A stretch of 64,000 nucleotides of DNA, from IMG/VR virus record IMGVR_UViG_3300035182_000695, positions 26,755 through 90,754 of that record; one strand, written 5' to 3'. Made by a program: the position numbers and the translations under genes. Numbering within the stretch: the stretch's first letter is position 1; every line of letters starts with the position of its first letter. Source of the stretch: a virus. Lineage: Duplodnaviria > Heunggongvirae > Uroviricota > Caudoviricetes. This document shows, piece after piece, positions 42,663 through 51,821 of this stretch. The notes under the pieces are model-generated. The model was not told where the DNA came from. It did no database searches and saw nothing but the letters and a program-made list of their open reading frames with translations.

Positions 42663-43937
42663 TTAAACTATTTTAACATCATTTCCGCTTCTCCATAATG
42701 AATTGGCAGGTAGTCCAGCTGGCGTTCCTGGCAAGTCCATAACGATAGCGTTATTACTCAAATCAACTCTCAATAATGGCGTGTTTCCGAAAAATAAAAA
42801 ATCAACACCTGTTGCACTTACTTTTATTCCAGTACTATTAATTCCAATTAATACAGATTGATTAAATGATGCTCCCGACGCTGTATTATAAGTTCCTAAA
42901 ACAATCAAATCGCTTGTTGAAGATATATTATTTCCATTTCCGTAAATTCCACAATTACCCAATTGGTCTATTACGTTATTAACCCCCGCTAAAAGTAATC
43001 CGCTTGAGTTAGTTATTGTATTTCCTACGCCTAAAAGATTTACAAAAGATGAGTCTGATGAAAAATTACTTTCTCCTGTAATGTAACTTGATTGAACATT
43101 TGAAAATGTATTATAGTTTCCTAAGAAAGAAGTACTTGTAACATTCAATAATTCATTTGAATAACCGAAGTTAAAAAGACTACTTGAATTAGTAAAATGA
43201 TTGAATCTACCGAAATTAAATATAGACGAAGAATTATCTACTTGAGAATAATCACCAAAATTCCAAAAATCAGTTGCGTTCGTGAAATTATTCGCACCTC
43301 CAAAATTTATAACTATTAATGAATCCTCGAAAACATTTCCGCCATCTCCTAAGTAAGAAAATATATATTGATTAGAGCCGACTAATGTTCCAGTACCTCC
43401 AATATTATTCATAAAGAAATTTCCTAACGCATCTCTTGTTTTAAGAAACAATCCTGATACATCATTAATAGCGAATGTATTTGAGCCTAACGCATCTATT
43501 ACAGTAGGTTGTAATAATAAACCACCTAACTGAATTATACCGCCTGGCGCAACTAGCAAGCCGTTATTAGCTCCTGCTATTGCGCTAGCTCCGCCAATTC
43601 CTAATCCTGATGCTGCCCATTCATTTTGATTCGCTACATTGCATTTTATATTTGCCCCGTCTGTATTTACAACAATACTAGCTTGATTGTTTACAATATT
43701 TCCTAACGAAGCTGAGAGCGTTAAATTATTTAAGCTAAATCCTGCACCAACATCATTTATATAAACGCATCTCGAAGCATATAGCAATCCATTACTTTGA
43801 ATGTTTTGCAAAAATAAAGTAACTTCGCCTAAAGTAGTATCTACATTTATAACATCGTATGTATCCATAATTGCACCTGAGAAAGGTCCAGTTATTTGAA
43901 TTACATTTTTTGGCGATATATCATTCCCGTTTTTCAT
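42663..43937 (-). CDS. tail fibre / receptor-binding protein with shared N-terminal module
   Basis: 424 aa; the N-terminal ~120 aa are nearly identical to 53013..53564. Remainder G/N/S/T-rich with NN(I/V)xxxS repeats, beta-helix-like. Confidence 0.55.
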   Translation of the reverse strand: MKNGNDISPKNVIQITGPFSGAIMDTYDVINVDTTLGEVTLFLQNIQSNGLLYASRCVYINDVGAGFSLNNLTLSASLGNIVNNQASIVVNTDGANIKCNVANQNEWAASGLGIGGASAIAGANNGLLVAPGGIIQLGGLLLQPTVIDALGSNTFAINDVSGLFLKTRDALGNFFMNNIGGTGTLVGSNQYIFSYLGDGGNVFEDSLIVINFGGANNFTNATDFWNFGDYSQVDNSSSIFNFGRFNHFTNSSSLFNFGYSNELLNVTSTSFLGNYNTFSNVQSSYITGESNFSSDSSFVNLLGVGNTITNSSGLLLAGVNNVIDQLGNCGIYGNGNNISSTSDLIVLGTYNTASGASFNQSVLIGINSTGIKVSATGVDFLFFGNTPLLRVDLSNNAIVMDLPGTPAGLPANSLWRSGNDVKIV

Positions 43938-44329
43938 TTAAGTATGAAATTTAAAATTAAAAACGCTACTGCAAACAATAACAAAACAACTCTAATTGGA
44001 AAATTCAATTCAAAAATTGCTGTTGAAGTGGTAGACTCATCCGTAAATCTCTTAGTGTATATATTTTTGTTTAATTTATTTCTAGTGTAATAATAAAATC
44101 CGTCGTGAAAAAAACTAAATGAGCAAATAAAAAATAACAATATAAAATAATTTGTTACCGCAAATAAAACGCCTGCAAATAAAGCTCTCTGTACAACATA
44201 AATCCAATGAATGTTAATTGACTTAACGCCATTCAATGCGTGATAGTAAAACGCTTCTCTAGCACCCTCAAATGAAGCGTACATAACAGATAATATTGCG
44301 AATAAGTAAATCATCATTTCTTTCCCCAA
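43934..44329 (-). CDS. integral membrane protein (about 4 TM)
   Basis: 131 aa. Confidence 0.45.
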   Translation of the reverse strand: MGKEMMIYLFAILSVMYASFEGAREAFYYHALNGVKSINIHWIYVVQRALFAGVLFAVTNYFILLFFICSFSFFHDGFYYYTRNKLNKNIYTKRFTDESTTSTAIFELNFPIRVVLLLFAVAFLILNFILK

Positions 44330-44544
44330 AAGCCCTCATATCCTTTATATTCTCGCCAAGCTTGCCAAAAGCAAATTAAGTTTAATATAACAGTTGCAGC
44401 TAATATAATTATTTCTACTACTTTTGACATATCTCCAGCATCTTTGATTAAATTATACCAAATTAAGAAGATAACTAAATTTACAAATAACAAAATTCCT
44501 ATTTTACCTTTGTTGTCTAATAAATATTTTACAAAACCTTTCAT
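44314..44544 (-). CDS. small membrane protein (2 TM)
   Basis: 76 aa. Confidence 0.4.
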   Translation of the reverse strand: MKGFVKYLLDNKGKIGILLFVNLVIFLIWYNLIKDAGDMSKVVEIIILAATVILNLICFWQAWREYKGYEGFWGKK

Positions 44545-44546
44545 TA

Positions 44547-45092
44547 TTAAAATTCTTTTAAAATTGTGTAAGTGAAAAACGCTAGTTTAGTCGCTTTTCC
44601 GTCATCGTGAACAACCTTAAAGTCAGCAGGATTGTTTAATACAGTACAGCCCGCACTCCACTTGTCTATTATTTGAGAAATAGCTTTTTCATTTGCTCTA
44701 TGAATATTAATTCCAAACATTCCTGTTTCTGTAATAGCGCCTTCTTCTGCAATATCGTTTAAGTTCTTATCTCTGTAAACCGTGATTGGCTTTGCTTGAA
44801 CAAACGCTTCATATTTACCTTGATGTAAACCTAATTTCCAAGAATCGATATATTGATTAGGAACTACAAGAGCAGCGCCTTTAGGATTTAATAAATTTTT
44901 CAACCAATGAGTTCCTGGATTCGTCGTACAAGAAAACCATTTTATTTTATCTCCACTAATAACGCCAAATAAATCATCAAATTTATCTTTCTCGTTTGCT
45001 TTTGAACGAACTGCTACAAAATGAAAATCAAACCATTTATAGTTTAATCTTTTATATTCAGCTTTTAATTCTTCGATTGTATATTTTTTCAT
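44547..45092 (-). CDS. putative cell-wall-active enzyme, H...SxGC motif (YkuD/L,D-transpeptidase-like), paralog 2
   Basis: 181 aa; GMFGINIHRANEKAISQIIDKWSAGCTVL, His-x18-Cys. Paralog of 45097..45807. Confidence 0.3.
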   Translation of the reverse strand: MKKYTIEELKAEYKRLNYKWFDFHFVAVRSKANEKDKFDDLFGVISGDKIKWFSCTTNPGTHWLKNLLNPKGAALVVPNQYIDSWKLGLHQGKYEAFVQAKPITVYRDKNLNDIAEEGAITETGMFGINIHRANEKAISQIIDKWSAGCTVLNNPADFKVVHDDGKATKLAFFTYTILKEF

Positions 45093-45096
45093 AATC

Positions 45097-45807
45097 TTAA
45101 AAATTTGGTATGATTGGCTTTCCTTTATAAAATCTGTAACCTACATAAATACTAGCTACTGCAATTATCGCTATTAGTGCGTAACTTGTTTTTCTTTTAA
45201 AAGCTCTTAAATAAGCTCTCTCATCAACTAATGTATATGTGAATGAATTTCCGTATAACGCTTCCTGCTTATCGCATAGAGCTAAGAATTTAGCGAAGTC
45301 TTCTGCATTTTCAAACACATTGCAACCAGCCGAGTATTTGTCAATTACCTTTGTTGTACCAACTGCATTCGCTCTATGAATATTAATTCCAAACATTCCA
45401 GTTTCTTCTTTTCCGTTATTGAAGTCAAGAACAGCATTTCTATCATAGTCTCTGTAAACAGTAATTGGCTTCGCTTGAGTTAAAGCTTTATACTTTCCTT
45501 GGTGCATTCCTATTTTCCAAGCTCCAACATACTGACCTTCTTTTAAGATTGCAGTACCTTGAGGACTCATTGGATTATTGAGCCAAAAAGTGCCTGGGTC
45601 AGTAGTTATATTAAACACTTTTCCTTCACACTTACCAGTATCATTTTTCCAAAAGACATACATCTTGTCGTCAAACTTATTTGGAACAGTTCCATTGTGT
45701 CTAACGCCAACAATGTTCAATTGATACGGCTTCGAGTAAAGAATATATTTCTTTGACTCAAGAAGCCGTATTAATGAACGTATGCTTTTATTATCTTGTA
45801 CTTGCAT
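45097..45807 (-). CDS. putative cell-wall-active enzyme, H...SxGC motif, paralog 1 with a C-terminal TM
   Basis: 236 aa; GMFGINIHRANAVGTTKVIDKYSAGCNVF; C-terminal hydrophobic helix. Confidence 0.3.
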   Translation of the reverse strand: MQVQDNKSIRSLIRLLESKKYILYSKPYQLNIVGVRHNGTVPNKFDDKMYVFWKNDTGKCEGKVFNITTDPGTFWLNNPMSPQGTAILKEGQYVGAWKIGMHQGKYKALTQAKPITVYRDYDRNAVLDFNNGKEETGMFGINIHRANAVGTTKVIDKYSAGCNVFENAEDFAKFLALCDKQEALYGNSFTYTLVDERAYLRAFKRKTSYALIAIIAVASIYVGYRFYKGKPIIPNF

Positions 45808-45810
45808 TTT

Positions 45811-46410
45811 TTATTTGCTTAATGCTTCAACTTTAGCTTTAGATTCAGCTAATTTTTTAGTCCAGATAGGAATTCTTGTTCTGTCTTGTTTAACTTCTAA
45901 TGAGCGTTTTTTAATTAACTCGTGCGCTTGTTTAATTTTAGAAGTTAAGATGTTAACTCGACGTGTCCAATGAGCTAATTGTTTAGCTTTTTCTTTTGCA
46001 GCTTTTTGTTCTTTTGACTCTTTCACAACAGCAGCAACGGCAGCAGGTTTTCCAACAGCGGCAGCTTTCGCAACAGCAGGAGTTTCAGTCGCATCAGCAT
46101 AAGACATAATTTCATCTTTACCTGTTACATCAGCTTCTAATAAATCTTCATCGGCAGGTCCGTAAGAATAATCTCCATCGAAATCATACATCGGGTCCAT
46201 TCCTAAAACGTCATCGCCAGACTCTTCTTCATCGCCTTCTGCGTTTGCGTATTCTTCTGCATCTAAATCATCGTCGCCATCAGCACTAGATTTTAATTCA
46301 GCAGGTCCAACTTTACTTTTATTTTTGAAATCAGTTGTTAATAAAGCATAAACTCCTACACCTAGTATAAGAGCAATCGCTACTTGTTTTGCATTTACTT
46401 TTGTTGTCAT
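45811..46410 (-). CDS. membrane-anchored acidic/Lys-rich protein
   Basis: 199 aa; N-terminal TM, D/E-rich middle, K/A-rich C-terminus. Confidence 0.45.
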   Translation of the reverse strand: MTTKVNAKQVAIALILGVGVYALLTTDFKNKSKVGPAELKSSADGDDDLDAEEYANAEGDEEESGDDVLGMDPMYDFDGDYSYGPADEDLLEADVTGKDEIMSYADATETPAVAKAAAVGKPAAVAAVVKESKEQKAAKEKAKQLAHWTRRVNILTSKIKQAHELIKKRSLEVKQDRTRIPIWTKKLAESKAKVEALSK

Positions 46411-46425
46411 TTTTTTAGTTATTTG

Positions 46426-46764
46426 TTATTTGTTTGTATTCATTTTAATTGTGTTCAGTAAGTCCAATATTTTATCTTGCTTATCTTCGATTCTTGAAAC
46501 TCTGTCTTGTAAGTTAACTCTTTCAACTTCACTCATACCTTTGAATATAGCAATGTTTGCCATATCATTTTTAATTGAAACTACATCCGCTTTTATTTCT
46601 TTAATGTCAGAAGAGTGAATGTCTAGTGTTGATGACGTTTTATAATAAAATCCGTACCCAACTCCTAACGCAACTATTAATGCTGCTGTTAAACTCACTA
46701 CATTTGAAATTAGAGAGCTTTTTTTGATGTGGTTTTCTAGTGTTTGTGATGCTGTTGCGTCCAT
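46426..46764 (-). CDS. single-pass membrane protein
   Basis: 112 aa. Confidence 0.45.
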   Translation of the reverse strand: MDATASQTLENHIKKSSLISNVVSLTAALIVALGVGYGFYYKTSSTLDIHSSDIKEIKADVVSIKNDMANIAIFKGMSEVERVNLQDRVSRIEDKQDKILDLLNTIKMNTNK

Positions 46765-46809
46765 AGTGCTGTGTTTTTTTATTCTTTACTTTTTTTACTT
46801 TTAATGAGT

Positions 46810-46911
46810 GTTGGAAAGGGCTAGCCCTTGAGAGAATCAACCCCGAAGGGCTAGTTCTTGAAAGGGTCAACCCCGAAAGGCTAGCCCTTGAAAGGGTCAA
46901 CCCTTTCCAAC
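46810..46911. repeat. GC-rich 3 x 30-bp tandem repeat, each unit carrying the palindrome AAGGGCTAGCCCTT, bracketed by inverted repeat GTTGGAAAGGG / CCCTTTCCAAC
   Basis: Units at 46816-45, 46846-75 and 46876-905. The only strongly GC-rich stretch in the window; intergenic between two minus-strand genes. Confidence 0.7.
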
Positions 46912-46927
46912 TAAATATTTCAATGTA

Positions 46928-47956
46928 CTAATTTTTTATTCTAACTCCTGAATCTTGTATTGCAATGTTTATTCCTTTAAATCCAACAACCGTCGGAGAT
47001 TGTCTTTCTACTCTCATTGATATTCTAAATATTTCAGAAAGTTCTCCGAATATTATCGGAGGTTGTCCTACTGCCGTATTTGGATTTTTTATTCCAATTG
47101 CTAATTTAAAATTCACAACTCTTTTTCCAAAATTACCGTGCTTTCCTTGAAATTTAAAAAAAGATATACTCTCATTTAATCTTGACGCATCAGGAACAAC
47201 CCATATTGGGCTAGGTCCACTTTGGTCTGAATATCTCATAAACTGCAAAGGATTAAAAGCTAGTAATGTTTTGTTGTATGCTCCTGCGCCGAACGTGTAT
47301 TCTGTATCTAACGGTATCGCTGTTGAGCCTGAATAAAAAGCGCCATTAGGAAAATTAATTCCGTCTTGATGCGTAGGATGATAGTATGAGCCTTTTTTAA
47401 ATTTTTTAGTTGGCACGCCTAGAATCTTCTTTCTGTAAGGTCTAGCAGTTCTTGCCATAAATAAATAATACTTAGGTTGATGTGATAAAAATGATTCCGA
47501 CTCTCCTGTGAAAGGCAAATAGAAAGAATATAAATCGTTATACAGATTAGAAGAATTGAATACTCCTATTTGAATTAAAGGCTTTGGTATAAATATTGAA
47601 CTAGATGAAGGTGTAGATGAGCCTTGAGCTAAAATACCGTATTCTGTTTGACTTGAAATAAATATTTCTATTTTACTTCCATTCTGATTCATTACATAAC
47701 TCGTCGTATTTTCAATTGTATTCGCAACAGTTGAAACAACAGTTATATTATTTGCAGAGGCATTATCGTCAGCATCATCTACAAATATTTTTGTAGATAC
47801 TGCGCAGCCAAAATTTATAATCTCAGGTAAATAAATAGTTATCGGACCAGTCGATGTTTTACATATAAAACGAATCTCGTTGTTTTGCAAGTTAAATTGA
47901 GCTGGACTAACTCTTAGTATATAATTTGTACCGCCTGGTATTGTAATGTAACTCAT
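46928..47956 (-). CDS. structural protein with the shared N-terminal module (tail-associated)
   Basis: 342 aa; N-terminus ...ILRVSPAQFNLQNNEIRFICKTSTGPITIYLPEI...NNITVVS follows the same pattern as 42663, 53013, 57608 and 59842. Confidence 0.5.
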   Translation of the reverse strand: MSYITIPGGTNYILRVSPAQFNLQNNEIRFICKTSTGPITIYLPEIINFGCAVSTKIFVDDADDNASANNITVVSTVANTIENTTSYVMNQNGSKIEIFISSQTEYGILAQGSSTPSSSSIFIPKPLIQIGVFNSSNLYNDLYSFYLPFTGESESFLSHQPKYYLFMARTARPYRKKILGVPTKKFKKGSYYHPTHQDGINFPNGAFYSGSTAIPLDTEYTFGAGAYNKTLLAFNPLQFMRYSDQSGPSPIWVVPDASRLNESISFFKFQGKHGNFGKRVVNFKLAIGIKNPNTAVGQPPIIFGELSEIFRISMRVERQSPTVVGFKGINIAIQDSGVRIKN

Positions 47957-47977
47957 TTTTCGTTTTTGCTCGTATCT

Positions 47978-48646
47978 TTAAACCATTGTGTCTAGCACTC
48001 CTTTTGAGCCTAGTAATTTTAATATGTATGATGCTGTTTCTTTTGGCAATTGCGGCATCATTTCTTCTATTGTTCCTGTGAATGAAATTATTTTTTTCGC
48101 AACAGCTCCGTATCTTCCCCCGTTGTAAATAGTAACAACTTTATCCATTCTTATTCTTCCGTCAGGCTGAGTAAATTCATCAATCAACTGCTTTAAAAGA
48201 ATTGAGCCAATAAGTAAATTAAGCTCAGGTTTAAATAAATCTTCTTTTGTGATAAATGTTTTACCTAAAGAAGTTTGTCCTTTCTTAACTGATTCAATTA
48301 AAGAATATCGAGAGCCTAAATATTTTTTAAGTATTGCAGCTTCTGGCTCAGATAATCTTCCTGCGCCTTTTTCTTTAACTAAGGCGTCTGATGCTGCGGC
48401 AGGAGAAACTTGCATTAATCCTATTGCATAAGGAGACTTAGCGTTAGGGTCTCCAGCACTTTCAATAAAAGTAAACGCTTCTAGTAACTCACTAGGAACA
48501 TTTGTTATTTCAGCTATATTATTTATGAATTTTCCAAACTTAGGCCTTATCACGCTAACTATTTTAGCTTGATTAGCTTTAGCTGAAACATCGTCGTAAT
48601 ACGCTTTGTTTATTGCTGGTATTTTTATATTTAATTCTGCTGACAT
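47978..48646 (-). CDS. lytic transglycosylase (SLT domain)
   Basis: 222 aa; IESAGDPNAKSPYAIGLMQV = catalytic ES...GLMQ signature of family-1 lytic transglycosylases. Confidence 0.55.
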   Translation of the reverse strand: MSAELNIKIPAINKAYYDDVSAKANQAKIVSVIRPKFGKFINNIAEITNVPSELLEAFTFIESAGDPNAKSPYAIGLMQVSPAAASDALVKEKGAGRLSEPEAAILKKYLGSRYSLIESVKKGQTSLGKTFITKEDLFKPELNLLIGSILLKQLIDEFTQPDGRIRMDKVVTIYNGGRYGAVAKKIISFTGTIEEMMPQLPKETASYILKLLGSKGVLDTMV

Positions 48647-48815
48647 TATTATCTAACGAATTTTATTTTACTTTTTTTAGCATCAGCCGTAACACCGCCT
48701 TTAGCTTTATTTTTCTTCTCAGTTTTGTTCTTGTCATAGAAATAAAAAGCTGTTGAAGCTGCCGCAACAACAAGTATAACTAACAATAAATTTCTAGTTT
48801 GCTTTTCCACGTTTT

Positions 48816-49127
48816 TTACTTCTTAGCGTTACCGTACATATTAGCTTGAGACTTACTACAAGGTGCATTGTATGTGCGTGTATTTCTACCATACTTATCG
48901 TACCATCTGCAATAGTCTTTATTATTCTCTACTGTATAAACCCATTTCTGAGTATCTTTAACATCAGGCGGTGGAGTTGAATCTGATTTAGATTGTCCGT
49001 TTGCACTTGAAAAATCTGAACTTTTAGCGACTTCTTTTTTAGTGAAAATTTTATCAGCAAACACTAATCCTGCAACTACGCCTAAGCAAGTAACAATAAT
49101 TATTTTATCTTTTGTTGTTGTACTCAT
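48816..49127 (-). CDS. membrane-anchored protein
   Basis: 103 aa; N-terminal TM. Confidence 0.45.
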   Translation of the reverse strand: MSTTTKDKIIIVTCLGVVAGLVFADKIFTKKEVAKSSDFSSANGQSKSDSTPPPDVKDTQKWVYTVENNKDYCRWYDKYGRNTRTYNAPCSKSQANMYGNAKK

Positions 49128-49138
49128 TTTAATAAATA

Positions 49139-49642
49139 TTAAATAAAACTTGTCATCATTTTTTTAGTTAGCTCGCTAGCTACTGAAATATCTTTAGCTA
49201 AGTTAGAGCCATTGTAATCTTTTACCATTTTAGAGTTGAAGTCAAATATTTTACCTGATTTATTAACTCCGTTTTCTTTTAGTACTAAAACTAAACCGTT
49301 AGGTAAATTCGCTCCTGTTATCTCAACATTTGCATTTGATGAATTAACAAATCCAAACTCTGCACCTAAGTCTTTCTTTTCCCATTGAATTTTGTCAGAC
49401 ATAATTATTTTACCGCCTGAAACGACGTTGAAGTAAACTATTTTTTTATCCCAATCAACTTTAGTAACTTCTAGCTTAGAAGCAGAAGCCGATTGTTGTT
49501 TACTTGATGAGTCTTTAGACTGATTATCAGACATTGAACCAGTTTTTTTCTTATCATTCATAACTTTATAAATGATGAAACCTGCTACACCAGCTACTAA
49601 TACTGAGCATACAGCTATTACTATTTTAGTATCTCTTTCCAT
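49139..49642 (-). CDS. membrane-anchored protein
   Basis: 167 aa; N-terminal TM, then S/Q/K-rich linker. Confidence 0.45.
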   Translation of the reverse strand: MERDTKIVIAVCSVLVAGVAGFIIYKVMNDKKKTGSMSDNQSKDSSSKQQSASASKLEVTKVDWDKKIVYFNVVSGGKIIMSDKIQWEKKDLGAEFGFVNSSNANVEITGANLPNGLVLVLKENGVNKSGKIFDFNSKMVKDYNGSNLAKDISVASELTKKMMTSFI

Positions 49643-49730
49643 TTTTAATTTTAAAGCGATGACGTTAAACTATTCAACGATAAATGTAAGCATTTTAACC
49701 ATACAATTTAACGCCATTGCCATTTTTTTG

Positions 49731-50009
49731 TTATTTAATTCCTTCTAAGTACTTAATTATTGGCGATTTCGCCATTACAACAATGTTCTCAGAGTCTTTT
49801 ATTAAATTTTTAAATTTAACGAAATCTGAATCATCCATTTCAACAATTTTATTTTTACTAAACGTAATCGCCCAATCAAAATATTTAACCGAGTCAGTTT
49901 TTGACATCGAACTCATTAAAAAATTAGCGACTAAATTCCCTGCCGTGTCTAGTTTTTTACCTTGTAAGTTAACTAACTCAAATCTTAAATCTACTTTTTT
50001 CATACTCAT
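49731..50009 (-). CDS. hypothetical protein
   Basis: 92-aa ORF. Confidence 0.45.
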   Translation of the reverse strand: MSMKKVDLRFELVNLQGKKLDTAGNLVANFLMSSMSKTDSVKYFDWAITFSKNKIVEMDDSDFVKFKNLIKDSENIVVMAKSPIIKYLEGIK

Positions 50010-50036
50010 TTATTTTTATTTATTTGTTTATAATTA

Positions 50037-50774
50037 TTATCCTTGCACTTCAACAGTTACATTAAAATTCGCTCCGTTCTTAGTTACATCAACTGTATTT
50101 AAAGTGAAGTTATCTACTGCTAAAACAATTATAGCATTTGTAGAATCTCTCTTAACACTAACAATCGGATTTAATGTATTTAAGTTGTGCGTTATTGTTA
50201 CAGGCGTTCCGCCGCCAACAGTAGTTGAAGGGGAAGTGTATTTATGCGGCAAGAAATCTGCGTTTTTTAACTTCAACGGAGTTATTGCTTTCGTGTCGTT
50301 AGTGCCAGTATTCGTCTCTGCTTGAGTAGCAATAGCTATAACGCCAGCGACAGTTTCACTAGCAGGAATAGTATTCCCTTGAACAACAGTCCAGTCAGCT
50401 AATGTTACAGGAGTATCAATATTTGCGAACAAACTATCACCAACTTCCAATGTAGTTCCGAAGAAAGGACCTGCAACAGTAACAACATAATACCAACCTT
50501 TTAATATGCCAGCACCACTTGTTAAGTTCGGCACATTTGTAGTTGCGTTATAACCTCCTTTGAAATTTAAGTTGCCAGTAATATCATTCATGTTCGCAAC
50601 GACTTGTATGTTCAATCCGTCGTCATACAACAATCTACCTGATGTTGTATCGAACATAAATCTTCCTTTGGACGGCGCACCACCTGTTACAAAGCCAGTT
50701 CCGTTTTGCGCTCTTGCATTTATTAATTCGTTTAGCGTTAAGTCTAAATCTACTGCTATTAATTGATTTGCCAT
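50037..50774 (-). CDS. tail fibre-like protein
   Basis: 245 aa; N-terminus ...GRFMFDTTSGRLLYDDG parallels 51822..53009 (...GRLMYDTVSKRVFIDTG). T/N/G-rich. Confidence 0.5.
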   Translation of the reverse strand: MANQLIAVDLDLTLNELINARAQNGTGFVTGGAPSKGRFMFDTTSGRLLYDDGLNIQVVANMNDITGNLNFKGGYNATTNVPNLTSGAGILKGWYYVVTVAGPFFGTTLEVGDSLFANIDTPVTLADWTVVQGNTIPASETVAGVIAIATQAETNTGTNDTKAITPLKLKNADFLPHKYTSPSTTVGGGTPVTITHNLNTLNPIVSVKRDSTNAIIVLAVDNFTLNTVDVTKNGANFNVTVEVQG

Positions 50775-50790
50775 TTTGTTTTTATTTTTC

Positions 50791-51339
50791 TTAATTTATT
50801 ATAATTACATTGTCAGTCATGTATCTAATTGAGTCTTGAGGAAATGCGATTCTTAGTTTTAAGAATTCATCGCTAACCATTTTTAATTCTACTTGATATG
50901 TACTTACATAATCAGAGCAGATGTCATGGCTTTCATCTAAATCAACTTTTAAATTCCAACCAAATCTTCTATTCATTAATTCTTTAAACCCATTCCAAAA
51001 ATCATATTTGATTGTTTTTTCGTCGCTTCTTTTTAATATTTTAGTTAACGATTTTTGAATCTCTTCGTTTGTTGCTGTTGGTTTAAGTATTGTGAAATCT
51101 CCGTTCGGAGAATATTTCTTTATTCTAAACGAAAGTCTGTCAGCTTGCACTCCATTTTCGTTAGCATCAACAATATACAAAGCTCCTAATTTCTCGAAAA
51201 CTATTCCAACGTGATTAAAATAAGAGCTATCGCAATTTTGTATAATGCTTGCGACTAGCCCTCTTCCATGAAATAAAACAATATCACCATCTTTGATGTA
51301 TTGTCTTACTCTACTGTATTTTTCAGTTATAGTTTCCAT
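50791..51339 (-). CDS. permuted papain-fold (C92/YiiX-like, NlpC/P60 superfamily) putative peptidoglycan amidase/peptidase
   Basis: 182 aa; DGDIVLFHG...NHVGIVFEKLGALYIVDANENGV, then downstream Cys (HDICSDYV), matching the YaeF/YiiX order. Confidence 0.35.
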   Translation of the reverse strand: METITEKYSRVRQYIKDGDIVLFHGRGLVASIIQNCDSSYFNHVGIVFEKLGALYIVDANENGVQADRLSFRIKKYSPNGDFTILKPTATNEEIQKSLTKILKRSDEKTIKYDFWNGFKELMNRRFGWNLKVDLDESHDICSDYVSTYQVELKMVSDEFLKLRIAFPQDSIRYMTDNVIIIN

Positions 51340-51347
51340 TTTAAAAA

Positions 51348-51809
51348 TTATAAAATATTTATAGCTCTCGTATCTCTGTGTAACGGATATAATTCTTCAT
51401 GTTCTAAAGGCAAAATACCAATATTTTCTAAAGTTTCTCTTGTTGGAGCGACAATGTAATTATTGCCTAGTGCTTGAATAAATCCACTTAAAACGAGTTT
51501 TTGATTCATAAATTTAGTGACTTTTATATCTTGCATAACTGGCTCTTCTTCTGTGCCGACATTTTCTTGGCCAGTAATCTCTTCCCATTCTTGCCTTTCC
51601 AAATCTATTAAAGTGTAGGTTCTTAAAAATTCTTTACTAATTTCCCCATTTGGATATAATTCAACTTCCCAATATTTAACTCTACAATACATAACAACAT
51701 CGTTTATGTCGCATAAAGTTTCTAATCCTGCATACTTACGTTTAACCGTAGCTCCTTTTCTTGTTTCATTTACGGTAATCCAACCGTTATTTTGCAATGT
51801 AGTTTTCAT
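51348..51809 (-). CDS. hypothetical protein
   Basis: 153-aa ORF. Confidence 0.5.
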   Translation of the reverse strand: MKTTLQNNGWITVNETRKGATVKRKYAGLETLCDINDVVMYCRVKYWEVELYPNGEISKEFLRTYTLIDLERQEWEEITGQENVGTEEEPVMQDIKVTKFMNQKLVLSGFIQALGNNYIVAPTRETLENIGILPLEHEELYPLHRDTRAINIL

Positions 51810-51821
51810 AATTTTTTTATT

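Noticed and set aside
46640-46900. Minus-strand ORF 46640..46900 running through the GC-rich repeat (TLSRASLSGLTLSRTSPSGL...)
   Set aside because: Its repetitive peptide simply mirrors the DNA tandem repeat, and it overlaps the better-supported gene 46426..46764. Most likely non-coding.
46810-46911. GC-rich tandem repeats considered as a possible CRISPR array
   Set aside because: Only three contiguous 30-bp units with no intervening unique spacers, and no cas genes. It is better explained as a palindromic tandem repeat or protein-binding array.
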